DNA of 64,000 nucleotides from contig NW_025766991.1 in NCBI RefSeq assembly GCF_003918875.1, forward strand, positions 2,790,001 to 2,854,000, given 5' to 3'. Both the position numbers and the translations under genes were made by a program. Below are positions 23,609 through 34,485 of this stretch, piece by piece (positions within the stretch are counted from its first letter, which is position 1; every line of letters begins with the position of its first letter). A model generated the notes under the pieces. The model saw nothing but the letters and a program-made list of their open reading frames with translations. It had not been told where the DNA came from and made no database searches. The stretch comes from Haliotis rubra. Its lineage: Eukaryota.

Positions 23609-24738
23609 ACTAAACTTTTACAGGTCCGTTACGTAACACATTTATCTTATTTTATGGCACCAGTACTTAAATGAACCACTGTCATGATAATTAATTCTGA
23701 AGATTTCACATAAAAATACTTACATTTTGGTTTAGGAAATGTAACCAGTTGCACAGAGATCTTGAGGGCGAGTTTAGTCTCCTCCCGCGGGTAGCTGTTA
23801 CGTCTGCTTGTCTGACTGGGTGCAGGGTTAAGGCAAGTGGACTTTGACCGGTGCGCGTTGTGCTTCGTACCCCAGCTGATGTGTTGGGTCCCCACAGCGA
23901 ACTGGCAACCCACAAAAACAGTTGGAGGCGGTGAAGGATGCCTTCGTCACGGTCGAACTGTAGGGTTCAATGCCTGTTATAATTAAGGGCAGCTAGAAAT
24001 GTTCCGCGCGACCGGTTTCCTGTGAGAGTGTATACATGTTAAGTACACTGTTAACAGCTTCACTTGTGGTAATATATCTGTGTATATATAGCTTCCTACT
24101 GATGACTGGGACAAGGTAAGGATTTGTGAGAAGACGCCCGTGGGATTTCCGCGGGGCGGTCAGTGTGCATATATATTCCACTGTGCATGGGTGTAAACTG
24201 ACACTTAAATACACACGTGGGGACGACAACGCTCTGACACATAGAAAGGAAGAAAGTAGACTTGCACAAGTCTAAAGTAAAAATTAATAGTTTAAATGAT
24301 AATGTCTAAAAAATAATAAATAACAGACTGGGGGTTATGGCAATTGGACTATTCTTTAGCACGTATTGCGGTGGAGAAACCCTGTTTGTTCTGACTTGCA
24401 CAAGTCTTTAAGGTAAAGATTGAAAGTTTAAATGATAATTTCTAAAAGAAATAATCAATAGCAGACTAGGGTCCTTAGACTCTCCGCTTATCTAGACTTG
24501 CCCCTTCGAGGGATGGAATTACTATACGTCTGTTTGCAGTGAAAACGTACCGATGAATTTCACTTTAAACAACAAAATAACTCAAATGAAGTAAAATAAT
24601 ATTGCGAATCCTCGTAATTTTACCTTGCCAATTGAACATTTTAATCTCTTAATGCTTTAGGCGACTTAACAGTTCGGTGACAAGGTCGACTGAGTGGATC
24701 GCTGCTCCCAACCGCCGCCATATACTAGTAGCAGCAGG

Positions 24739-25090
24739 ACCGCCTCCGTGGTGTAGTGGTTAGAGCGTCCGCCCGGAGAGCGGAAGGTCGCGGGTTCGAT
24801 CCCCGACCGCGTCATACCAAAAGAGGTTAAAATATGGTACTTGTTGGTCCCTGCCTGGCGCTCGGCATTAATGGGTACAACAAGGACTGGTTGGCTCAGA
24901 GTCAGTATAATGTGTCTGAGTGGGGTATTCATGCTTCACTGCGGCATGGTACCTCAGTGGGCTAGCACTATAAAACCAGCTTAAGTCTGGGCTAGTACAA
25001 GCAGCCGCACATACACATAGACACGCATGCACGTCGTCATATGAGCGAAATATTCTCAAGTACGACGTTAAACCCAATTTCACCTCACCA
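24739..25090 (+). mobile_element. SINE family D (tRNA head, MetaSINE-like centre, (TCACC)n tail)
   Basis: A box TGGTGTAGTGG, B box GGTTCGATCCC, GTCATACCAAAAG...TGGTAC core; near-identical inverted copy at 57724-58076. Confidence 0.85.
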
Positions 25091-25599
25091 TATAGCAGAA
25101 TATTGCTAAGTGCGGCGTTAAACAACAACCAAACCTAACCGCTGCTCACAATATTGATCGCTTGAGTAACTCGGTTATTTCCGGCAGTGGTATTATTCAG
25201 CTAGAATAGTTCTCAAGGCACCGACAAACAACAACAAAAAAACTATGTCTTGACATATTCGGGAGAAAAACAGACAAAAGAGCTAAGTGCCTCCTTGGTC
25301 ATGGAGAAGTTTGGGTCACGCAGTTCGTTGTAGAACGACAGGGGTTGCGCTAGGCATGGTGGTGTATAAGAACGTGATATTTGACCTCAGTATTAGACTC
25401 GTGAAAAACGACATGGGTTAACACTTGTGCATGTGATGGGAACTAAAATGAAAATTAAGCATTTTTGAGGTAGTTTGTTTTACGTTTTGTCAAAAAGTTT
25501 GCATGCCAAACTGTTTTGTAACTTTGACGACACCTGATCTAGTAAAAGAACTATTCCAATCTTGGAGACATGGTTTTATTGACAAGCTTACCATTGCAC

Positions 25600-25830
25600 C
25601 TATATAGTAGCGTGCATGCGTGTGTGTTCGTTAGTTTGCGTGTGTGACTCTTGTTTTGTCAGTGGAACTACAGCGATAACCCACTGAGATACTACGGCTC
25701 AGTTTCAACACTGGAACTATACTCAGACACAGTTCTTGCTCACACATTTTCCTGGAGCGCAGGGTAACAACTACCACCTTTATACTCCTTTCGCATGGCA
25801 CGGCCCGGAGATCAACGTAACCCAGCACAC
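25600..25830 (-). mobile_element. Decayed body of a family-D-related SINE whose head forms the 42-bp satellite
   Basis: Collinear motifs on the minus strand: GGTAGTTGTTACCCTGC, TGTGTCTGAGT, GTATCTCAGTGGG, ACACGCATGCACG. Confidence 0.65.
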
Positions 25831-28600
25831 GCTCTATCCACTAGACCACGGAGGCGGTCTTCCCGGGTAGATGCCCTTTCCACTAGACCACGGAGGTGGT
25901 CTTCCCGGGCAGATGTTCTATCCACTAGACAATGGAGGTGGTCTTCCCGGGCAGATGTTCTATCCACTAGACCACGGAGGGGGTCTTCCCGGGCTGATGC
26001 ACTGTCCACTAGACCACGGAGGCGATCTTCCCGGGCAGATGGACTGTCCACTAGACCACGGTGGCGATCTTCCCGGGCAGATACACTGTCCACTAGACCA
26101 CGGTGGCGATCTTCCCGGGCAGATGCACTGTCCACTAGACCACGGAGGGTCTTCTTGCGCAGATGTTCTATCCACTAGACCACGGAGGGTCTCCGGGCAG
26201 ATGCACTGTCCACTAGACCACGGAGGGGGTCTCCGGCAGATGCACTGTCCACTAGACCACGGAGGCGATCTCCCGGGCAAAATGCACTGTCCACTAGACA
26301 ACGGAGGCGATCTTCCCGGGCAGATGCTCTATCCATTAGACCACGGAGGCAGTCTTCTTGTGCAGATGTTCTATCCACTAGACCACAGAGGGGGTCTCCG
26401 GGCAGATGCACTGTCCACTAGACCACGGAGGCAGTCTTCTTGTGGAGATGTTCTATCCACTAGACCATGGAGGGGGTCTCCGGGCAGATGATCTATCCAC
26501 TAGACCATGGAGGCAGTCTTCTTGTGGAGATGCTCTATCCACTAGACCACGGAGGCGGTCTCCCCGGGCAGATGCACTGTCCACTAGACAACGGAGGCGA
26601 TCTTCCCGGACAGATGCACTGTCCACTAGACCACGGAGGCGATCTTCCCGGACAGATGCAGAGTCCACTAGATCACGGAGGCGATCTTCCCCGGGCAGAT
26701 GCACTGTCCACTTGACCACGGAGGCGATCTTCCCGGGCAGATGCACTGTCCACTAGACCACGGAGGCGATCTTCCCGGGCAGATGGACTGTCCACTAGAC
26801 CACGGTGGCGATCTTCCCGGGCAGATACACTGTCCACTAGACCACGGTGGCGATCTTCCCGGGCAGATGCACTGTCCACTAGACCACGGAGGGGGTCTTC
26901 TTGCGCAGATGTTCTATCCACTAGACCACGGAGGGGGTCTCCGGGCAGATGCACTGTCCACTAGACCACGGAGGGGGTCTCCGGGCAGATGCACTGTCCA
27001 CTAGACCACGGAGGCGATCTCCCGGGCAAAATGCACTGTCCACTAGACAACGGAGGCGATCTTCCCGGGCAGATGCTCTATCCATTAGACCACGGAGGCA
27101 GTCTTCTTGTGCAGATGTTCTATCCACTAGACCACAGAGGGGGTCTCCGGGCAGATGCACTGTCCACTAGACCACGGAGGCAGTCTTCTTGTGGAGATGT
27201 TCTATCCACTAGACCATGGAGGGGGTCTCCGGGCAGATGATCTATCCACTAGACCATGGAGGCAGTCTTCTTGTGGAGATGCTCTATCCACTAGACCACG
27301 GAGGCGGTCTCCCCGGGCAGATGCACTGTCCACTAGACAACGGAGGCGATCTTCCCGGACAGATGCACTGTCCACTAGACCACGGAGGCGATCTTCCCGG
27401 ACAGATGCAGAGTCCACTAGATCACGGAGGCGATCTTCCCCGGGCAGATGCACTGTCCACTTGACCACGGAGGCGATCTTCCCGGGCAGATGCACTGTCC
27501 ACTAGACCACGGAGGCGATCTCCCCGGGCAGATGCACTGTCCACTAGACCACTGAGGCGATCTTCCCGGGCAGATGCACTGTCCACTAGACCACTGAGGC
27601 GATCTTCCCGGGCAGATGCACTGTCCACTAGACCACTGAGGCGATCTTCCCGGGCAGATGCACTGTCCACTAGACCACTGAGGCGATCTTCCCGGGCAGA
27701 TGCTCTATCCACTAGACCACGGAGGCGATCTTACCGGGCAGATGCAGTGTCCACTAGACCACGGAGGCGATCTCCCCGGGCAGATGCTCTCTCCACTGGA
27801 CCACGGAGGTGATCCTCCCGGGCAGATGCACTGTACACTAGACCACGGAGGCGATCTTCCCGGACAGATGCACTGTCCACTAGACCACGGAGGCGATCTT
27901 CCCGGGCAGATGCTGTATCCACTAGACCACGGAGGTGATCCTCCCGTGCAGATGCTCAGTCCACTAGACCACGGAGGCGGTCTTCCCGGGCAGATGCACT
28001 GTCCACTAGACCACTGAGGCGATCTCCCCGGGCAGATGCTCAGTCCACTAGACCACGGAGGCGATCTCCCCGGGCTGATGCTCAGTCCACTAGACCACGG
28101 AGGCGATCTCCCCGGGCTGATGCTCTCTCCACTAGACCACGGAGGCGATCTCCCCGGGCAGATGCACTGTCCACTAGACCCCGGAGGCGATCTCCCCGGG
28201 CAGATGCTCTGTCCACTAGACCACGGAGGCGATCTCCCCGGGCAGATGCTCTCTCCACTAGATCACGGAGGTGATCCTCCCGTGCAGATGCTCTCTCCAC
28301 TAGATCACGGAGGCGATCCTCCCGTGCAGATGCTCTGTCCACTAGGCCACGGAGGCGATCTCCCCGGGCTGATGTTCTGTCCACTAGACCACGGAGGCGA
28401 TCTCCCCGGGCTGATGCTCAGTCCACTAGGCCACGGAGGCGATCTCCCTGGGCAGATGCTCTCTCCACTAGATCACGGAGGTGATCCTCCCGTGCAGATG
28501 CTCTGTCCACTAGACCACGGAGGCGATCTCCCCGGGCAGATGCACTGTCCACTAGACCACGGAGGGGGTCTCCGTGCAGATGTCCTTTTCACTAGACAAC
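25827..28600. repeat. 42-bp minisatellite (CCACTAGACCACGGAGGCGATCTTCCCGGGCAGATGCACTGT), about 66 units, with a ~749-bp higher-order duplication
   Basis: Direct tandem periodicity; identical ORF translations at 26406 and 27155. Confidence 0.95.
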
Positions 28601-29650
28601 AGTGGCGGTCATGCAGTGTTGAGGATGATCCTTTTCCACATCTTTTCATGTTCAGTATTAATTATGCCCACACTGTCCACAATATATCACTATTAGACCA
28701 GATCTATATGTTTCAATGTTAACGCTTCGTGCAAGCCTAACTTAATATTCCACTATATACTAACAACATAACCAATGGCAAAGCAAGTGTATCGAAACCT
28801 GATTTTGATCTCTGTACAACTCAGGGTAAAACAGCTAAAACTGCTGCAAACATAAGATGAGTCAGCTGAATATCGTAAAAGACGGACTTAAAAATGTACT
28901 GAACGTAACTTGAAACTTTACATTTTATCGTGCCAGAGCTAAAATCTCGTAAAAGTGATACATAGCCAAACCTAACTGAAAACAAAACCAGTCGATTAGT
29001 GTTTGGAATTTGCAAACCACAATTTATAGTACAGCAAACAGGCTGTCCCCTTGTTTCCCTAACAGGCTGACGATTTGTATTCGCAAAGAGACGATTTCAC
29101 ATTTTAGAGTTCGATTTACGAGGCTTATAGTGAGTACGTGTGATTCGGAAGGTCAACGTGCCACAACGTTTTCACTGACTAAGCCAAAAGCTTCAAGCCA
29201 AATAGCATCATTAAATAAATCATATTTATATATGTTGCTATAGCAACTGACAGTACTGATGTCAGCTGCAGTTATAATTACTATAATAATATATTTTAAA
29301 GGTACTGTAATATAGTCCATCGGTCATTGATTTGAGTGTATATCTACGTATATACCAAAAACAGCTGGAAAGATCTCTATGGCTGAAGTCTGACAAATCA
29401 ACATAATAATAGCTTTCAGGCAACAATAATACACCGATAGATGACTTAGCATTACACTAAGCTGGCCGCATAGAGCTATGGGTAGAAGATTGGACAAAGA
29501 TTTGAAAAATCAGTATTAAAAATGTGAATAAAATATATTAGATGAAAAGTCATCATTCGCAAGTTCCAAGATAAGTAACCTACCGATACATGTTTCAATA
29601 TAGTTTTAACAGATAAAAAGTGTAAAATATTAACATCTTCCAATATATAC

Positions 29651-30463
29651 AACCTGTGAAGATCCGGTTTAGAATTGATCTTCAGCAACCTATGCTTGTC
29701 GTAAGAGGCGACTAACGGTATCGGGTGGTCAGGCTCGCTGATTTGGTTGACACGTGTCATGGTATCCAAACCGCGTAGATCGATTCCCATGCTATTGGTC
29801 ACTGGATTGTCTCGTCTAGACTCGATTATTTACAGTCAGCCAGCATATAGCTGGAATATTGCTGAGTGCATTCTCTTCCCACAGAGGTTACTCCTGTCAT
29901 GTGTTCCTACGTAACCTCTGTTCTAATACGGCCCTTTCATGGTGTGAGCGTTCAAGACTCGTGATTGGAGACAATCAGATTTAGTTGTGCAATCAGCGAC
30001 GTTGTTTCAAAAGTGACCATTCGCATGGCCTCGGTAATTTCCGTATACTTCGAGAAAACTAAACCTCTTCCTCTGCGCGATGCGCAAACGTTTCTTCTAG
30101 ACAGAACTCAGTCATGTTATGGCGGATCAGTGGCGTCTCCATCGCCCTCGTTGACAACGGACAAGCTAGCCATTAAACGTCTTGTGTGTAACATCAACAC
30201 AAGTCCCCGGCAGATGGGGGATATTTGTGGTCTCACATTTGCTTGTGTTAGTCATGTTGAATCTAAGTCGATGTAACACCTGTTCTGATTGGATAGAAAG
30301 AAGGGAGATAATTCGTGTTGCGATCTTTTGCCGCTAGGGGATTTTACGAGAAACGGGAAATATGGCCGTATTAGAACAGAGGTTACGCAAGAAGATATGA
30401 CAGGAGTAACCTCTGTGGGAAGAGAATGTGCTGAGTGCGGCGTAAAACTAAACTCGCTCACTC
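29651..30463 (+). mobile_element. Retroposon family C interrupted by a 560-bp MITE
   Basis: Body at 29651-29868; tail resumes at 30429. Confidence 0.85.
29869..30428. mobile_element. 560-bp MITE with long TIRs and 9-bp TSD (Mutator-like), copy 1
   Basis: TIRs of about 65 bp starting CATTCTCTTCCCACAGAGGTTACTCCTGTCAT; TSD TGCTGAGTG. Confidence 0.9.
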
Positions 30464-31117
30464 TACTATTAACACCCCTCTCTGGGGATTAAATAGGAAA
30501 GGCTCTGCAGCTCACCTGAACTTAGAAGGAATATTGACGGCCCTGGTTAAACTCGGATCGGAATATTCTGTGTTCAGTCTCAAGCCACCATAGCTGCTAT
30601 CATTCAAACAACTTCTGTTCTATAGACCTCGTAGTGCCAGGACAAACTGCGAGGCGTCATGTTCACAATTAACACTTTATGACGTCAGCAGGGAATTTCA
30701 ATACTGTGCCAGCTGCCGGACAAACAATGTCGGCCATTATCCAACAGAATCATGCTCAATTTGCCTCAATCTATTCAGACATAAAGATTTATAGAGTTCA
30801 TTTCAAGAAGAATTTTCAAATTGGAAATGTATACAGTTTATATAAAGTAAGTACAAGACACTGGAAGTATTTTTCAATATTTTTCTCCAAAGGATTGAAA
30901 ATGCAGGTGTTATTGCAGCACAGAATGTCCTTTCTAATTTGAACATGTGTTTTCGTTGTTTACTTCAATGGGCCAAAATTTCATACGTTATTGCAGAAAC
31001 AGATGTCTCACTAATCATTTCATCTACAAAAAAACTAGTCTAGCAGTTTATGCTAATTTCGTATAACATTTCAGCTATATAAACTCTTCAAAAAAAAGAA
31101 ATGAACAGGCCAAAAAT

Positions 31118-31678
31118 CATTCTCTTCCCACAGAGGTTACTCCTGTCATGTCTTCCTACGTAACCTCTGTTCTAATACGGCCCTTTCATGGTGTCAGCGT
31201 TCAAGACTCGTGATTGGAGACAATCAGATTTAGTTGTGCAATCAGCGACGTTGTTTCAAAAGTGACCATTCGCATGGCCTCGGTAATTTCCGTATACTTC
31301 GAGAAAACTAAACCTCTTCCTCTGCGCGATGCGCAAACGTTTCTTCTAGACAGAACTCAGTCATGTTATGGCGGATCAGTGGCGTCTCCATCGCCCTCGT
31401 TGACAACGGACAAGCTAGCCATTAAACGTCTTGTGTGTAACATCAACACAAGCCCCCGGCAGATGGGGGATATTTGTGGTCTCACATTTGCTTGTGTTAG
31501 TCATGTTGAATCTAAGTCGATGTAACACGTGTTCTGATTGGATAGAAAGAAGGGGAGATAATTCGTGTTGCGATCTTTTGCCGCTAGGGGATTTTACGAG
31601 AAACGGGAAATATGGCCGTATTAGAACAGAGGTTACGCAAGAAGATATGACAGGAGTAACCTCTGTGGGAAGAGAATG
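31118..31678. mobile_element. 560-bp MITE, copy 2
   Basis: Near-identical to copy 1; different TSD GCCAAAAAT. Confidence 0.9.
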
Positions 31679-31848
31679 GCCAAAAATAAGGAAATTAATA
31701 TTTAACGTATTTAAGTCTACGTAAGTCGATTAAGCTTGAACTTGGATGATGGAAGTTCGACACACGCATGAACATATGTATTGTTGTCATTGTCAGCATT
31801 AATTCAGTTCGCTAACAGCACATGTGTGGACACAAGGGGGCGTTCAGG

Positions 31849-33036
31849 TCAGTACCTGGTGACACCACCCCTTGCAGCAGTCACTGCTCGACACCGCATT
31901 GGAAGGGATTGCACAAGTCGTCGGATTTTTGCTTGGGGAATTCATCGCCAGTCCTCCTGCAACGCGATGGCAAGTTAGGCAAGTGTCTGGGGTCGATGGT
32001 GACGTTTACTGACGCGTCGATCAGGTTCGTCCCACAGATGCTCGATCAGGTTCAGATCAGGCCATTTGGAACGCCAGGGAAGGGCATTGACGTTTGCGAA
32101 GGCACCTGTTACACGAGCTGCGTGGGGTCGAGCCTTCTCGTGTTGAAACAGCACCCTCTGGCGGTTAAAAAGTGGGAGGAGGTGAGGTCGCAGGATTTGG
32201 TCGATGTAGCCATTTGCTGTAAGATTGCCTCGAACCACCTATGGCTCTGATCTACACGTGTAGGACATGGTTCCACACACCATGACGCTATCTCCACCAA
32301 AAGTGTCCACCTGTCGGAGGCAGTTCAGCGCAAAACGTTCGTGTCGACGTCAATGGACGCATTGTCTCCGGGGTCCCATCACGTCGTTACAGGAGGGGGG
32401 CGGTGGGGTAGTCTAGTGGTTAAAGCGTTTGCTCGTTACGCCGAAGACTCGGGTTCGAATCCCCACATGGGTACAATGAGTGAAGCCCATTTCTGGTGTC
32501 CCCCGCCGTGATATTGCTGGAATATTGCTAAAAGCGGCGTAAAACCAAACTCAGTCAGTCAGTCGTTACAGGAGGAAACGCGATTCATCGCTGAACCAAA
32601 CGCGTTGCCAGTTCCCCAGGTTCCATGCATGTATCCTGTTGCAAAATGGACAGGTCGTTGTAGGTGTAGTCCTGTGAGGACAGGTCCAACTTTTGGTCGA
32701 TATGCTCGAATTCTCACTTCTCTCAGACGATTTCTGAAGGTTTGGTCGGAAATTCTTGAAAGAGCAGGCATATGTCCTGCAGGATTCGTTGCTGTAGCAA
32801 ATCGGTGACGTATATGAAACACCCGGATGAATCGGTCCTGAGCAGAAGTGGTCACTCTGGCTCTTCCACCTTTGGGACGATCTTGGGTCGAATTGAAGCA
32901 AGTACATCGATGCCATAACCATGCAAGCTATGGAGCTATGGTGGACGTTGAAGTGTCTTACAACGACAGACAGGGACTCCCCTGCTTCCAAACGTCCAAT
33001 GGCGATATTTCGGTCAGTAGCATTCGATCTTGGCAT
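31849..33036 (-). pseudogene. Decayed Tc1-family (DD34E) transposase, frameshifted and interrupted by a SINE
   Basis: Fragments in several frames: HTH region AIGRLEAGES, TTSAQDRFI, WQRVWFSDESRF, FQHEKARPHAARVT (DN mutated), WPDLNLIEHLWD, terminal GGVTRY-stop. Confidence 0.9.
32397..32561 (+). mobile_element. SINE family A, young copy inserted in the Tc1 remnant
   Basis: 14-bp TSD GTCGTTACAGGAGG at 32383-32396 and 32562-32575. Confidence 0.9.
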
Positions 33037-33414
33037 TTTTTATCTTCGTTTACATCGTAAATTTCGTAATGAAATGGTTAACTTGGTTTGTACTTGTAGT
33101 CGATGTCTCTATTCATGTTTCCGACACATTGCACATGCAGTACGTGGAACAACTTTCTGCAAGCACTTTTCATGTATCGTATTCATTTTTTATGACAAAC
33201 GTTTACAAACACGTTTTGGGGTTCGTTTGCGCGCAATACACAACAACCACGACATGATTAACGGGATTCAAACATAGGAATTGTCTTAATGGCGGTTGCT
33301 GTCAAAATATATCGAAATGAACTGCTGAAAACGCCTGTGTGTTTTGTTTTGCTTTTCTCACTTTTTGCTCTCTCACACATACACACACCACATGTATCAC
33401 ACTTGTGTATAGGA

Positions 33415-33566
33415 AGTCAGGCTCGTTGACTTCGTTGACACATGTCATCGTGGATAGATGTTCATGCTGTTGATCACTGGATTGTCTGGTCCAGACTCGA
33501 TTATTTACAGACCGCCGCCATATAGCTGACATATTGCTGAGTGGGGCGTTAAACAACAAACCAACC
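33415..33566 (+). mobile_element. Retroposon family C, 5'-partial
   Basis: Similarity to other copies. Confidence 0.75.
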
Positions 33567-34332
33567 ATTTCTGCAACATGGATAACAACTATAAATTGTC
33601 GTGACAGGACTTTACTCATTTAATGACGTTACCTTGGTTACGCATTTCATCACGAAAAACTGTGATGTGTAGAACACTTAATTATACGTGTTTGACATGG
33701 TGCTCAGGATGCACCTGTGCGTGTTTGGCGTGCACGCTAAATTGTATGCCATGTCATCACAAGGTGTGTTGAGTACAAGAGTTCTTGTTGAGATTTTAAG
33801 GCGCTCCCCTAGCCTCAGTTGGCATTGCTCACATTCCGGCTTCTTATAGTCTGTATCATATTTCTGCGCTGAACAAATCTTTTTTGATAGAAAACGCATT
33901 GTTGTTCATATAGTTTCTTATAATGTTTTTGTTTACTTACTTATCTTGAAAGAAAACGTTGTCAAACCATCTATTTAACAAACTAGCGTCTGCACAGTGG
34001 CCTCTAGCTACATAGAGTATGGGTATTCTATTTCAGGGCCTTGTACACCCTCTGGTGGAATGTCAAGCACGGCCTTGTGACATTCCACATGTAGCATATA
34101 TATCTAGGGATTGGAGTAGAGGCGGTGTTTGGTGAAGAAGTGCATGTGATGATAATTAAACATTTCTAAAACCAACATGGCAATTTCTGCGTCGGTGATC
34201 CCGAGTTATAACGAGCCTCAAACAACCAATTATAACGTAAGAGGCCTCAAACGGGTGGCGACACCAATATATTGTCGTAAGAGGCGACTAAATGGTCGGG
34301 TGGTGACACTCTCTGTTGCATATGTGGCATCA

Positions 34333-34485
34333 TACGCCGCTTTTAGCAATATTCCAGCAATATTCCAGCAATATCACGGTATGGGACACCTAAAAATGGT
34401 CTTAACACAGTGTACCCATGCGGGGATTCGAACCCGGGTCTTCGGCGTGACGAGCGAACGCTTTAACCACGAGGTTACCCCGCCT
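34333..34485 (-). mobile_element. SINE family A
   Basis: Similarity to other copies. Confidence 0.75.

Noticed and set aside
25827-28600. CRISPR-like array
   Set aside because: No unique spacers, eukaryotic context and no cas genes; it is a head-to-tail satellite
25795-28722. Many PLDHGGDLPGQMHC-repeat ORFs resembling a repetitive metal-binding or shell protein
   Set aside because: Units contain frameshifting indels and TGA variants, there is no signal peptide, and the unit derives from a SINE head
29965-30276. Duplicated 103-aa ORF (also at 31214-31525)
   Set aside because: Starts at TTG inside a MITE and has no transposase motifs; the identity reflects recent transposition
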